Source: Ignisphaera sp. | GTDB taxonomy: Archaea; Thermoproteota; Thermoprotei_A; Sulfolobales; Ignisphaeraceae | Direction of reading: 5' to 3' | Length of the DNA: 61,262 nucleotides | NCBI GenBank assembly: GCA_038821645.1 | Contig: JAWBDT010000011.1 | Coordinates: 1 to 61,262, forward strand | Shown: one piece after another, positions 41,516 through 52,265 of the stretch | How positions within the stretch are numbered: position 1 is the first letter of the stretch | How the letters are laid out: every line of letters starts with the position of its first letter | The notes under the pieces: model-generated | The model's input: only the letters and a program-made list of their open reading frames with translations | What the model was told of the DNA's origin: nothing | Databases searched by the model: none | Position numbers and translations under genes: made by a program

Positions 41516-41917
41516 ATGTCTTATACTGAGAGAGAACTTAGGTGGGGTATAGCACATATATATGCATCATTCAACAATACCATTATACATATAACAGATA
41601 TTAGCGGTGCTGAAACTGTAGCTAAAGGTTCTGGAGGAATGGTTGTTAGAGCAGATAGAGAAAAACCTAGCCCTTATGCAGCTATGATGGTAGCTTATAG
41701 AGTTGCACAAGAAGCTATAGAGAAAGGTGTTACAGCGATTCACATTAAGGTTAGGGCCCCAGGAGGTCATGGACCTAAGATCCCTGGACCTGGAGCTCAA
41801 GCAGCAATTAGAGCCTTGGCTAGAGCTGGGTTTATTGTTGGAAGAATAGAAGATGTTACACCGATACCTCATGATACAACCAGAAGACCTGGAGGAAGAC
41901 GTGGTAGAAGGGTGTAG
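41516..41917 (+). CDS. rps11: 30S ribosomal protein S11
   Basis: [28 protein letters not shown]. Confidence 0.97.
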   Translation: MSYTERELRWGIAHIYASFNNTIIHITDISGAETVAKGSGGMVVRADREKPSPYAAMMVAYRVAQEAIEKGVTAIHIKVRAPGGHGPKIPGPGAQAAIRALARAGFIVGRIEDVTPIPHDTTRRPGGRRGRRV

Positions 41918-41923
41918 AACGCT

Positions 41924-42781
41924 ATGGAAATATCTCTACTAGAGATTAGTAATGAAACACTAGAGATAGCTGTAAAGGACGTTCCCCTCCCTTTTCTTAA
42001 CGCTATTAGAAGATATGCCTTAGCTAAAGTACCCACATATGCTATAGACGAGATTATGGTTGTTGTTAATACATCATCTATGTATGATGAAATTCTAGCC
42101 CATCGACTAGCTATGATACCGTTAACAGTAGAAGAAGTAAGAGACAGGATACGAGAAATAGATCCAGAAATATGTGAAAAGTGTTCATCCTCATCCAGAG
42201 AGAAAGCTATTGAGAAAGAATGTGAGAGATGCTACGTGCATATGACGCTAGAAGCTGAAGCCGAAGAAAACGAAATCACAGTATATTCAGGAGATATAAG
42301 AAGTGAAGACCCTTTGGTAAAACCCGTTTACAACAATATACCTATACTTATTCTAGCCCCTGGACAAAGAATTTCCCTAGAACTTAGAGCTAGAATAGGT
42401 AGAGGTCTTGAACATGCTAAATGGAGTCCTGCTACTATTGCTGTAACAAGATATGTTGCAAATATAAAGATAGAAAAAGAGTTGTGTAACTTGTGTCGAA
42501 AATGTATTGAAGTATGTCCAAGAGGTGTCTTCGAAATTGATAAGGATAGGATTAAGGTTATTAACACATATAATTGTATACTTTGTAAACAGTGTTTACA
42601 GAACTGTCCTGTTAAAGCCATAACAATATCTCATATTGATAACAGCTATATATTGAGAATAGAGAGTTCTGGTTCTATGAAACCAGAGTCTATAGTTAGA
42701 GAATCTGTATATATTCTTTTAAACGAATTAGATAAATTAGAGAGATTTGTGAAAAGCATTAAGCATGGTGCACAATCATGA
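41924..42781 (+). CDS. rpoD: RNA polymerase subunit Rpo3 (D) with ferredoxin-like domain
   Basis: NAIRR, DEILAHRLAMIP, HAKWSP, two CxxCxxCxxxCP motifs. Confidence 0.96.
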   Translation: MEISLLEISNETLEIAVKDVPLPFLNAIRRYALAKVPTYAIDEIMVVVNTSSMYDEILAHRLAMIPLTVEEVRDRIREIDPEICEKCSSSSREKAIEKECERCYVHMTLEAEAEENEITVYSGDIRSEDPLVKPVYNNIPILILAPGQRISLELRARIGRGLEHAKWSPATIAVTRYVANIKIEKELCNLCRKCIEVCPRGVFEIDKDRIKVINTYNCILCKQCLQNCPVKAITISHIDNSYILRIESSGSMKPESIVRESVYILLNELDKLERFVKSIKHGAQS

Positions 42782-43140
42782 GAAGAACAGGTCCTACGAA
42801 TTACATCATCAGAAAGACCATCAAGATTTTGAGAAAATACTCGAAAATATATAATGCAAAGATATGGAGATATACAGCTGAACTTCTCGAGAAACCATCA
42901 AGAAAAAGAGTGGTTGTAAACTTGTCCAAGATAAATAGATATACTAATGATGGAGATGTGGTTATAGTACCAGGTAAAGTACTGGGAGCTGGAAGCTTAA
43001 ATCATAGAGTTACTATAGCAGCTATATCGTTTTCACAACAAGCTATAGCAAAAATAAAATCCGTAGGTGGTAGAGCTATACATATTCTAGAGTTTTTGAA
43101 TGAAAATCCTAAAGGCAGTAGAGTGAAGGTGATAAAATGA
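42778..43140 (+). CDS. rpl18e: 50S ribosomal protein L18e
   Basis: VNLSKINRY, VPGKVLG, NPKGS. Confidence 0.96.
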   Translation: MRRTGPTNYIIRKTIKILRKYSKIYNAKIWRYTAELLEKPSRKRVVVNLSKINRYTNDGDVVIVPGKVLGAGSLNHRVTIAAISFSQQAIAKIKSVGGRAIHILEFLNENPKGSRVKVIK

Positions 43141-43637
43141 GTGTCAACATAATTAGCTCTAGAGAGCTCGAAACCTATATAATTTCAAGAAATCTACGTG
43201 AAATTGTTATTGATGCAGAAAATTCTATACTTGGCAGACTTGCTTCTCTAGTAACAAAATTAGCTAAACTCGGTATTTTAGTACATGTAGTGAATATCGA
43301 GAAATGTGTAGTTACTGGAAAGAGATCTATGGTTATTAGCAGCTATAAACTTCTACTTAATGTTAGAACACATAAAAATCCATATAGACATACCATGAAG
43401 AGACCTAGAACACCTATAGCAATATTCAAGAGAGCTGTAAAGAACATGCTTCCCAAACACAACTGGCTAGGTTTACAATCACTTAAGAGAGTTAAATGCT
43501 ACATAGGTATACCGGAAGATATGAAGAATAGAGATAGGATAAAGATATTAGATGTTGATGCATCGTTTCTAGGTAGAAGGAATACTGTTACTGTAGCTGA
43601 AATAGCTAAAGAACTTGGATGGAAAACAAGGCGATGA
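43137..43637 (+). CDS. rpl13: 50S ribosomal protein L13
   Basis: IDAENSILGRLAS, PRTP..FKRAVKNMLP, YIGIP. Confidence 0.94.
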   Translation: MSVNIISSRELETYIISRNLREIVIDAENSILGRLASLVTKLAKLGILVHVVNIEKCVVTGKRSMVISSYKLLLNVRTHKNPYRHTMKRPRTPIAIFKRAVKNMLPKHNWLGLQSLKRVKCYIGIPEDMKNRDRIKILDVDASFLGRRNTVTVAEIAKELGWKTRR

Positions 43638-44101
43638 ATATGGATAGTGAAGGCTCAGCAATTTCAGTCATTGGTGCTTATCCTCAGATTGTAAGAGGTA
43701 AAAAGATAGTCATTAGCGTTGGAAAGAGAAAGACAGCTATAGCTAGAGCAGTAATAAGGCCTGGCATAGGCAGATACAGAGTTAACGGTGTACCTATAGA
43801 GATTTGGCCTATCGAAATGGCGCGACTGAAAATGATGGAACCATACATGCTTCTATCTCCAGAGCTTAGAAATAGTGTAGATATTGATGTACATGTTGAA
43901 GGAGGAGGTGTCATGTCACAAGCCTATGCCGTTAGAATAGCTGTGGCAAGAGGACTTATAGTATTTTTCGGGATACAGTCCTTGTTAGAGTTATTCAAAG
44001 AGTATGATAGGACTATGATCGCTGGTGACCCAAGGAGAACAGAACCAGAGAAGTGGATGAGGTATAGCGCTAGAAGATTTAGACAAAAATCATACAGGTG
44101 A
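43619..44101 (+). CDS. rps9: 30S ribosomal protein S9
   Basis: GKRKTAIARA, GGGVMSQA, ARRFRQKSYR; start may be a few codons later. Confidence 0.96.
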   Translation: MENKAMNMDSEGSAISVIGAYPQIVRGKKIVISVGKRKTAIARAVIRPGIGRYRVNGVPIEIWPIEMARLKMMEPYMLLSPELRNSVDIDVHVEGGGVMSQAYAVRIAVARGLIVFFGIQSLLELFKEYDRTMIAGDPRRTEPEKWMRYSARRFRQKSYR

Positions 44102-44107
44102 TTCAAT

Positions 44108-44308
44108 ATGATAATACCTGTGAGATGTTTTACATGTGGTTATCCAATAGCTACTAAATGGGAAGAGTATAGTAGACGTGTAGCCAGAGGTGAAGATCCT
44201 AAAAAAGTTCTAGACGATTTAGGTATAAAAAGATACTGTTGTAGACGTATGTTTCTATCTCATGTAGATTTATTTAAAGATATAATAAAATATGGCAACA
44301 TAAAGTAG
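44108..44308 (+). CDS. rpoN: RNA polymerase subunit Rpo10 (N)
   Basis: [15 protein letters not shown]. Confidence 0.97.
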   Translation: MIIPVRCFTCGYPIATKWEEYSRRVARGEDPKKVLDDLGIKRYCCRRMFLSHVDLFKDIIKYGNIK

Positions 44309-44317
44309 GTGAAATAG

Positions 44318-44941
44318 ATGAGTGAAGAACAGAAGACATTTGGTCAACAAGAACTTCTTGTGCCCCTCGAACAATATCTCCAAGCAGGAGTACACATAGG
44401 TACACATACATGTACTAAACATATGGAGAAATTTGTATTTAGAGTTAGACCCGATGGTCTCTACATACTCGATATAAGGAAAACTGATGAGAGATTACGA
44501 ATTGCAGGAAAATTCCTTAGTAGATACGAACGTGGAAAAATCATGGCTGTATCCACTAGACAGTACGGGAAACAACCAGTATCAAAGTTTGCTGAAATAA
44601 TTGGAGCTAAAGCTGTAGTAGGAAGATTCATACCCGGAACACTTACTAATCCTAGACTCGAATGGTTCTATGAACCAGATGTTATAATTTTAACGGATCC
44701 TAGAGTTGATCAGCAACCTCTTGAAGAAGCTATGAGTGTGGGTATACCTATTGTAGCTTTTGTGAGCACTGACAATAAATTATCAGGAATAGAGCTAGCT
44801 ATACCGGGTAACAATAAAGGAAGAAAATCTCTAGCACTACTTTACTGGATATTAACAAGACAAATCCTTAGAGAAAGAGGAGAAATTGGTGCTACAGATA
44901 CATTACCTATATCTGTTGAACAATTTGAAACCACAACATAG
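44318..44941 (+). CDS. rps2: 30S ribosomal protein S2
   Basis: [27 protein letters not shown]. Confidence 0.97.
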   Translation: MSEEQKTFGQQELLVPLEQYLQAGVHIGTHTCTKHMEKFVFRVRPDGLYILDIRKTDERLRIAGKFLSRYERGKIMAVSTRQYGKQPVSKFAEIIGAKAVVGRFIPGTLTNPRLEWFYEPDVIILTDPRVDQQPLEEAMSVGIPIVAFVSTDNKLSGIELAIPGNNKGRKSLALLYWILTRQILRERGEIGATDTLPISVEQFETTT

Positions 44942-44981
44942 TCATACTTAGCAAGAGATTACTTACCATAACTGTGTTGTT

Positions 44982-45830
44982 ATGAATAAAGTATCTTTTG
45001 TTCGTAGAGTTCGTATAGTAGCTCCATTAATAGGTATACCTATTAAAGGCTGTAGAAACACTTATGTCTCAACTATAACTAATTACGAGTGTATAATGCG
45101 GGCCTCCTACAGATTTGTGCGATGCTCTATAAAAGCTCTAGATAATGACAAGAAGATACATCAAGGTAGTGTAACCAACTATATAAATGATTATATGAAT
45201 ATAGTATTAAGCGAATTACTAGATATGTGTATGAATGGAGAACTATCTATAGAATGTCCTCTTAAGGTTCCAGATATAGTGCTATTTGTTATTGGAACCA
45301 CTGAATTACTTCTCAATACATTTAAGGCTAGGAAACTTGAGTACAAGGATTACCAACATATTTTTGCGGCATTAGACAGAAAGTTCTGGTCCATAGAGAA
45401 TGCGTATCTATATTCTCTACGTTGTGCATATCTAAATAGAGCAACATGTATATGTAGAGATATATATGATGTAGTAAACTTTGAACCTGTTGATACCCAT
45501 CTTGAGTTGGTATACGAAAATAAATGCCTTAGAGATCTATGCCTAGAGCTCGAGAATCCATATGATAATGTTACTACAGCCTATATCCTCAAGTTCGTTA
45601 CACACGTAGTTTCAAAAATGGCTCAAGATCTAAATACATTCAATTATATCTCTAAATCAATTGAAAAATACCTTAAACTACTCTACGATATAGAAACTAG
45701 AATTGTCTTAGAGAATGCTAAAGAAGATGTGTCCATCAATCTATTTAATATCTTTGTTAAACCTATAGCAGATATATCGACCATAAAACTCTACAAACTG
45801 AGACTAAGGTATCTAGAAGGAGAGGTGTAG
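44982..45830 (+). CDS. Hypothetical protein between rps2 and ipk
   Basis: 282-aa ORF, Cys-rich, no motif recognised. Confidence 0.55.
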   Translation: MNKVSFVRRVRIVAPLIGIPIKGCRNTYVSTITNYECIMRASYRFVRCSIKALDNDKKIHQGSVTNYINDYMNIVLSELLDMCMNGELSIECPLKVPDIVLFVIGTTELLLNTFKARKLEYKDYQHIFAALDRKFWSIENAYLYSLRCAYLNRATCICRDIYDVVNFEPVDTHLELVYENKCLRDLCLELENPYDNVTTAYILKFVTHVVSKMAQDLNTFNYISKSIEKYLKLLYDIETRIVLENAKEDVSINLFNIFVKPIADISTIKLYKLRLRYLEGEV

Positions 45831-45834
45831 ATCT

Positions 45835-46602
45835 CTGGAGACAACCATTATTAAGCTTGGAGGTGCTCTTCTAACTGATAAATCTAAACCTTTTTCTCTA
45901 CGTTATAGCGTGTTAAATAGAATATCAAGGGAGATAGCTCACGCTTATCGAAAATGTACCTCACGTATAATCGTCATACATGGTGGAGGAAGTTTTGGTC
46001 ATTATGTTGTAGAGCAACATGATCTACTACATAGCTGTGATGCTATTAGCCAAACTATATGGTTTATGAGAGAAATGAACATGATTATAGCAGATGCATT
46101 ATCTTCTTTCGGAATCCCTGTTATACCATTTGATACACATGCATTAACAACTATCGAAAATAACGAGATTCATATCCATCTAAAGCCTATAACATATGCA
46201 TTAAGTTTGAACTTAGTTCCGCTACTCTATGGAGATATAGTACTTAAAGAAAATGGAGCAGACATAGTGTCTGGAGATGAGATATCCTGGTATCTAGGTA
46301 AACAGTTAAAACCATCGAGAATACTGTTTGCTACAACAGTTGATGGTGTTTATGATAAAGATCCCGCTAATCCTGATGCAAAGATAATTAGAATTCTAAA
46401 ATTGAGCGATCTGAGAACTATAGATTTTGGAAAAGCCAAAGGAGTTGATGTGACTGGTGGTATGAAGACGAAACTATTTCTAGGGTTGAAGTATCTTGAT
46501 GAAGGAATTAGAGAGATTTTAATATTTAGTGGATTTAGAGAAGGATTCGTCTATAAAGCTATATGTGGTTATGATATTGAGGGTACTAAGGTGATTGATT
46601 AA
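45835..46602 (+). CDS. ipk: Isopentenyl phosphate kinase, inferred CTG start
   Basis: IIKLGGALLTDK upstream of the track start; HGGGSFGH, SGD, DVTGGM. Confidence 0.92.
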   Translation: METTIIKLGGALLTDKSKPFSLRYSVLNRISREIAHAYRKCTSRIIVIHGGGSFGHYVVEQHDLLHSCDAISQTIWFMREMNMIIADALSSFGIPVIPFDTHALTTIENNEIHIHLKPITYALSLNLVPLLYGDIVLKENGADIVSGDEISWYLGKQLKPSRILFATTVDGVYDKDPANPDAKIIRILKLSDLRTIDFGKAKGVDVTGGMKTKLFLGLKYLDEGIREILIFSGFREGFVYKAICGYDIEGTKVID

Positions 46603-47690
46603 TGGATACAAGTATAAGTAATAGAAAAGAAGAACATATAGTTCAAGCACTCAAGCCCGAGAATCAAGGACCTCTATCTACACACTTAGAAGATGTTATT
46701 TTAATACATCAACCTCTTGTTGAAGTATCATATGATGAAGTATCTCTTGAAACAGAATTTCTGGGCTATAGACTTGGAGCCCCAATAATCATTTCATCTA
46801 TGACTGGCGGGACAGCTATGTCTTACGATATAAATAAGAAACTTGCTTCAACAGCTGAAAAGTATAAACTTGCTATAGGTGTTGGTAGCCAAAGAGCTAT
46901 GATTGTTAATCCCGACACCACATATACATATAGAGTTGTTCGCGAAGAAGCGCCTAATGTACCGGTGATAGCCAATATAGGACTTGCTCAACTTTCAAAA
47001 CTCAGTAAACAAGATATTGAAAGCATTGTAGAGGCCATAGAAGCTGATGCTTTAGCTGTACATCTCAATATACTTCAAGAAATTGTTCAACCAGAAGGAG
47101 ATAGAGATTTTAGGGGATCGGTTAAAGCATTAGAAAAGATTATTGAATGGCTTAACATTCCAGTAATTGTGAAAGAAGTTGGAACCGGTATAAGTAGGGA
47201 ATGTGCCGAACTTCTCAAAATGATTGGTGTAAAGATAATAGATGTTGCAGGTGCTGGTGGAACTAATTGGGTTTCTATAGAGTTAAGCAGAATTAAAGAC
47301 AAGAAGCTAGTGGATACCTTCAACGTATTCAGATACTGGGGTATTCCTACCGCAATATCTATAGCTGAGGTTTCGTCAATAGATGATATTACTGTTATTG
47401 GTAGTGGCGGTATTAGAGATGGTCTCGATATAGCTAAAGCTATATCGTTAGGAAGCGATATAGTTGGTATTGCTCAACCTTTTTTAATTCATGTCATTAA
47501 GAACACAGTTGATGAATATGTACAATCTATTTTAACCCAACTTAAAGTATCCATGATGTTAACAGGTTCAAAAAATATACAGGAATTAAAGAACGCAAAA
47601 ATAGTTATAACAGGAAAACTAGCCACCTGGATATGTGCACGTAGACTCAGATTACGGAATAAGTATGCTTATATATCTTGCTTGACATAG
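46602..47690 (+). CDS. fni: Type 2 isopentenyl-diphosphate isomerase
   Basis: RKEEH, SMTGG, GVGSQR, QPEGD, KEVG, GAGGT. Confidence 0.96.
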   Translation: MDTSISNRKEEHIVQALKPENQGPLSTHLEDVILIHQPLVEVSYDEVSLETEFLGYRLGAPIIISSMTGGTAMSYDINKKLASTAEKYKLAIGVGSQRAMIVNPDTTYTYRVVREEAPNVPVIANIGLAQLSKLSKQDIESIVEAIEADALAVHLNILQEIVQPEGDRDFRGSVKALEKIIEWLNIPVIVKEVGTGISRECAELLKMIGVKIIDVAGAGGTNWVSIELSRIKDKKLVDTFNVFRYWGIPTAISIAEVSSIDDITVIGSGGIRDGLDIAKAISLGSDIVGIAQPFLIHVIKNTVDEYVQSILTQLKVSMMLTGSKNIQELKNAKIVITGKLATWICARRLRLRNKYAYISCLT

Positions 47691-48703
47691 AATATTTTGT
47701 GACTGAAATGAGATTCCTAGATTATGCTGCAATAATATCAGATAAAGTTAATCAATTCATATATAGTGTTATTCGTGGAGAACCTATAGAACTTTATGAA
47801 GCTTCTCTACACTATATAAGGGCTGGTGGTAAAAGACTGCGTCCATTAATAACTGTTTTAGCTAGTAGAATTGTTGGTGGAAATGAAGAAATAGCGATAC
47901 CTGGAGCGGCTGCTATAGAGGTTTTACATACATTCACTTTAGTACATGACGATATAATTGATAAAGATGAACTTAGACGTGGAGTACCAACAGTTCACAA
48001 ATTATGGGGAATTGACATGGCTATAGTGGCTGGAGACACATTATATGCTTACGCCTATAAATGTTTGCTACAAGCATTAAGTCACGGTATACCAAGTGAT
48101 CGCGTTTCAAGAGCCATAGAATATTTAACAGAAGCAGCAATAACTGTAGCAGAAGGTCAAGCACTTGATATGCTTCTTCCTTCACGTCCTACAGTAAGTG
48201 AAAGTGACTACATAAACATGGTTAAAAAGAAGACTGCAACATTATTTGCTGCATCAGCAGCTATAGGAGCCACTCTCGCGGGTGGTTCAGACGATATTAT
48301 ATCCAAGATGTGGAACATCATGATTATGGCTGGAATAGCTTTCCAGATAAGAGACGATGTTTTAGGTCTCATAGGTGATGAAAAAACACTTGGTAAACCT
48401 GTCTATAGTGATTTAAGAGAAGGTAAAATGACGATACTAGTAATATACGCATTGAATAGAGCTGATGAAAAACATAGAAACAAGATGAAATTCGTTATCG
48501 GTAATAGAGCTGCTACTCATGAAGAGTTAGCAGAAGTTGCTGAACTCATAAAGAGTCTTGGAGCTATAGAGTATGCAGAAGGTATTGCGGATGAATATGC
48601 AGAAAAAACTATAGCTTTAGTTGAATCGCTGGACTCTATTGATGATGAAGCATTGTTAATGATGAAGGATGTTGTAAGATTTATGGTGAGAAGGAATTAC
48701 TGA
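47678..48703 (+). CDS. Geranylgeranyl diphosphate synthase
   Basis: GGKRLRP, LVHDDIID..RRG, KTA, FQIRDD; start uncertain. Confidence 0.94.
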   Translation: MLDIEYFVTEMRFLDYAAIISDKVNQFIYSVIRGEPIELYEASLHYIRAGGKRLRPLITVLASRIVGGNEEIAIPGAAAIEVLHTFTLVHDDIIDKDELRRGVPTVHKLWGIDMAIVAGDTLYAYAYKCLLQALSHGIPSDRVSRAIEYLTEAAITVAEGQALDMLLPSRPTVSESDYINMVKKKTATLFAASAAIGATLAGGSDDIISKMWNIMIMAGIAFQIRDDVLGLIGDEKTLGKPVYSDLREGKMTILVIYALNRADEKHRNKMKFVIGNRAATHEELAEVAELIKSLGAIEYAEGIADEYAEKTIALVESLDSIDDEALLMMKDVVRFMVRRNY

Positions 48704-48728
48704 ACGGTACTCATATCCCTCAATATAT

Positions 48729-49271
48729 GTGAACAAATTATGTCTACCATCTATAGAAAACACAATCAAGAAATACATTGAATATAACTATAGAGCTTAT
48801 GGCACACTAAATCTCGATACATACATAAATGAAGATAGATACATTTATGTAAGTGAAGACTCTGCATCTTTCTGTAATAATCAGTATGATGGCTATGAGA
48901 AATATGTTGAAATTGTGTATGAAAAAGTAATGGGTTCCGTAATAGATTTTTATGATAAGAGAATAGTTTGTGATATAGCTATACTTATTCCCAAACAAAA
49001 TAGAGTTCTACATATATCGAAAAATACACACATAGAGATTATTGAAATTAGTGGAAAACATGTATATCCTTTGGTCGATGTGGGTAGCAATATTTCAAGA
49101 AACTCGAAGTTGTGCTACATAGTCACCAAGAAATACGAAGTAAGAAGCATTAAGAGTGATGTAGATGGTATAGTTATATACGTTGGTGAAGCTTTTTTAG
49201 GTAAAGAACAGACTATCTACATAATTATTGTTAATGAGGACAAAATCCATGAGCTTACTAGATGCTATTAA
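48729..49271 (+). CDS. DUF2118-like protein (biotinyl/lipoyl-like fold)
   Basis: YPLVDVG..YIVTKKYEVRSIKSDVDGIVIYVGE; lies next to gltX. Confidence 0.6.
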   Translation: MNKLCLPSIENTIKKYIEYNYRAYGTLNLDTYINEDRYIYVSEDSASFCNNQYDGYEKYVEIVYEKVMGSVIDFYDKRIVCDIAILIPKQNRVLHISKNTHIEIIEISGKHVYPLVDVGSNISRNSKLCYIVTKKYEVRSIKSDVDGIVIYVGEAFLGKEQTIYIIIVNEDKIHELTRCY

Positions 49272-51000
49272 AGATCAGATAAGACAGGTAGCACTAAAAC
49301 ATGCACTTGTAAACAGATTTAAGTATGGTCAAGCTAAACCAGAACCTATTGTCAACAAGATTTTAGGTGAATTTAAAGAAGTTCGACAGTATGCAAAAGA
49401 TGTCATTGCTATAGTTAGAGATATCGTTCACTATGTAAATAACTTAGATAATAATGAATTTAGGAAACTTATTGATGAATTAAATATCTCACTAGAATCT
49501 GAACACAAGGTAGAAACAAAAACTCTTCCACCACTTCCAAATGTTGATAAATGGAAAAACATTAAAACTAGGTTTGCTCCTAATCCCGATTTCCCTATAC
49601 ATCTTGGAAATGCTAGAGCAGCCATACTTAGCTATACTTATGCGACAATGTATAAAGGTACTTTTATCCTTAGATTTGAAGATACTGATCCAAGAACGAA
49701 AAAACCTATGCTGGAAGCTTATGAAATCATACGCGAAGATCTTAGATGGCTAGGAGTTTCATGGGATGAAGAATATATACAGAGCCTTAGAATGGATATA
49801 TACTATGAGTATCTAAAGAAGCTTATAGAAAGAGGTTATGCTTATATCGATACATGTAATCCAGAAATATTTAAAGAATTGAGAAACAAAGGAGTTCCAT
49901 GTCCCCATAGAGATACAGATCCTTCAACCAATATGGAGAAACTTGATAAGATATTTGCAAGAGAATATGGAGAAGGTGAAGCAGTAGTTAGAATCAAGAC
50001 AGATCTAACTCATCCTGATCCAGCTGTCAGAGATTGGGTTATCTTCAGAATCATAGATACTTCTAGATACCCTCATCCAATTACAGGCGATAAATATATT
50101 CTATGGCCTACCTACAACTTTGCAGCAGCTATAGACGATCATTTGATGAATATAAGTCATATATTGCGGGGAAGAGAACATACACTAAATACCATTAAGC
50201 AAATGTACATATACAACTACTTCAATTGGCGCTATCCCGAAGTTGTTAACCTTGGAAGAGTAGGTCTTGAGGAATTAATTCTTAGCAAGACATGGATAAA
50301 GACGCAACTCAAGTTAAATCCAGACAAGTTCATGGGTTTTGACGATGTTAGATTTGGCACAATTGCTGCTCTTAGAAGAAGAGGCGTTATAGCTGAGACA
50401 ATAAGGCAGATAATTCTAGATCTAGGGATTAAAGGTAGCGATGCTAAAATAAGCTGGAAGAATATTGCAGCCCTAAACAGAAGGTTGTTAGATCCAAAAA
50501 CAAAAAGGGTTTTTGTAGTATGTGATCCAGTTAAGGTATACATAAATAACCTCTCCACACCTCTATTAATAAAAATTCCTTATCATCCATCCTCAAATCT
50601 AGGCCAAAGAGAATACTCCATAAAATCTCCCATTGTATATATCTCTTCTAAAGATGCTGAAACATTTATGAAAAATGGTTATTTAAGGCTCATGGAGTTT
50701 GCAAACATAAAATTTCTGAGAAAAGAGAACGATACTATTATAGCTGAATACATAGATGGCGGTATTGAAGAAGCTAAAAGATTAGAAGCAAATATTGTTC
50801 AATGGGTTCCAGCAGACCATAGAATCAATGTACGCATTATTTCAGTAAAAGGCATGAATTTAGGTATAACAAGATGTTTAGGTGAAAGCTCACTACTAAA
50901 ATTCAATTTAAGTGATATAGTTCAAATGGTTAGGATAGGGTTTGGACGGATAGATACTATCAAAAAGAAAAGCATAACAATTATTCTAACACATGAATAG
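49249..51000 (+). CDS. gltX: Glutamyl-tRNA synthetase (non-discriminating type expected given GatE)
   Basis: TRFAPNP, HLGN, LRFEDTDP, WPTYNF, LSKT, QMVRIGFGR. Confidence 0.96.
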   Translation: MSLLDAIKDQIRQVALKHALVNRFKYGQAKPEPIVNKILGEFKEVRQYAKDVIAIVRDIVHYVNNLDNNEFRKLIDELNISLESEHKVETKTLPPLPNVDKWKNIKTRFAPNPDFPIHLGNARAAILSYTYATMYKGTFILRFEDTDPRTKKPMLEAYEIIREDLRWLGVSWDEEYIQSLRMDIYYEYLKKLIERGYAYIDTCNPEIFKELRNKGVPCPHRDTDPSTNMEKLDKIFAREYGEGEAVVRIKTDLTHPDPAVRDWVIFRIIDTSRYPHPITGDKYILWPTYNFAAAIDDHLMNISHILRGREHTLNTIKQMYIYNYFNWRYPEVVNLGRVGLEELILSKTWIKTQLKLNPDKFMGFDDVRFGTIAALRRRGVIAETIRQIILDLGIKGSDAKISWKNIAALNRRLLDPKTKRVFVVCDPVKVYINNLSTPLLIKIPYHPSSNLGQREYSIKSPIVYISSKDAETFMKNGYLRLMEFANIKFLRKENDTIIAEYIDGGIEEAKRLEANIVQWVPADHRINVRIISVKGMNLGITRCLGESSLLKFNLSDIVQMVRIGFGRIDTIKKKSITIILTHE

Positions 51001-51041
51001 CATTTTCAACATATCTTAAATACTAGAGTCTATTAGTCTTA

Positions 51042-51084
51042 ACATTGTACGAGATATACCATAGATATGGTGTAGAAACTATGT
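51042..51084 (+). promoter_or_regulatory. Putative k-turn in rpl7ae 5' UTR covering RBS and start codon
   Basis: ACATTGTA-CGA-GA-TATACCAT-(AGAT)-ATGGTGTA-GA-AACTATGT. Confidence 0.65.
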
Positions 51085-51464
51085 CGAAACCATTTTATGT
51101 AAAATTCGAGGTACCTCCAGAGGTAGCAGAAAAAGCTTACCAGGCACTTAAAAAAGCACGAGAAAAGGGAGGTAAAATAAGGAAAGGTACCAATGAGGTT
51201 ACTAAAGGAGTAGAAAGAGGATTATGCAAATTAGTCATAATAGCCGAAGATGTTGATCCACCCGAAATAGTTGCACATCTACCACTACTATGTGAAGAAA
51301 AGAAGGTGCCTTATCTATATGTACCTAGCAAAAAGAGACTTGGTGAAGCTGCAGGAATAGAGGTTGCAGCTGCATCAGCTTGTATAGTAGATCCTGGTGA
51401 AGCTAAAGTAGATCTAGACGAACTTGTAGCCAGATATCAAGAACTTAGAACAAAGGCTGGATAA
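51081..51464 (+). CDS. rpl7ae: 50S ribosomal protein L7Ae
   Basis: [28 protein letters not shown]. Confidence 0.97.
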   Translation: MSKPFYVKFEVPPEVAEKAYQALKKAREKGGKIRKGTNEVTKGVERGLCKLVIIAEDVDPPEIVAHLPLLCEEKKVPYLYVPSKKRLGEAAGIEVAAASACIVDPGEAKVDLDELVARYQELRTKAG

Positions 51465-51713
51465 ACTAATAAACTATGTTCATCAACTACATTAGATTAA
51501 CTAAATAAAATTATTTTTGTAGACTTAAGATAATAAGATAAGAAGTAGTCTAGCTTTAGATAATCATTCTAAATAATCATTCCTTGTTATAAAAGTTATA
51601 GGACTCTAACACTTTAATGAATACAATAATGTATTATAGGATTAATAAATATAATAACAACTAGAGGTAAGGATATTTATTTCACAACTAATCTAAAGAT
51701 TTTTAGTGAATCT

Positions 51714-51977
51714 CTACCTCCTTATACTGAGCTTTCTGGCTTCTCTTTCTGTTTCTCTAAGAATTACTATATCTCCTACTCTTACAGGACCTCTAACATT
51801 CCTTGTAAGTATTCTTCCCTTGTCTCTACCTTCTAGTATTCGAACCCTTACTTGTATAACTTCTCCTGTAACACCCGTTCTACCAATTATTTGTACAACT
51901 TCTGCTGGAAAACCTATCTTTTCTATAACATTCATATCGTGTTCTTTAGATTTTTCTTCAATAGCTACTTTACTCAT
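51714..51977 (-). CDS. rps28e: 30S ribosomal protein S28e
   Basis: [29 protein letters not shown]. Confidence 0.97.
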   Translation of the reverse strand: MSKVAIEEKSKEHDMNVIEKIGFPAEVVQIIGRTGVTGEVIQVRVRILEGRDKGRILTRNVRGPVRVGDIVILRETEREARKLSIRR

Positions 51978-52070
51978 CCTAATTACCTATAGTCTAGTGA
52001 TAATTGTTAGAGCTTATAAGCTTTAACATAAAAGTAGTCCCAGGTAGGTAAATTAAATATGTGATGCAAG

Positions 52071-52250
52071 ATGGTGGTAAAAAGAAACTGTAGCTATTGT
52101 GCAAATGAAATTGAACCTGGCACAGGACTTATGTTTGTAAGAAATGATGGTACAATCATGTGGTTTTGTTCAAGCAAATGTTTCAAGAATTATAAGCTTG
52201 GTAGAGACCCAAAGAAGTTGCCATGGACTAAAAGCTATATATCAAGATAA
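52071..52250 (+). CDS. rpl24e: 50S ribosomal protein L24e
   Basis: Manual translation, 59 aa, not in track: [34 protein letters not shown]. Confidence 0.96.
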   Translation: MVVKRNCSYCANEIEPGTGLMFVRNDGTIMWFCSSKCFKNYKLGRDPKKLPWTKSYISR

Positions 52251-52265
52251 ATAATTGTCAACATC

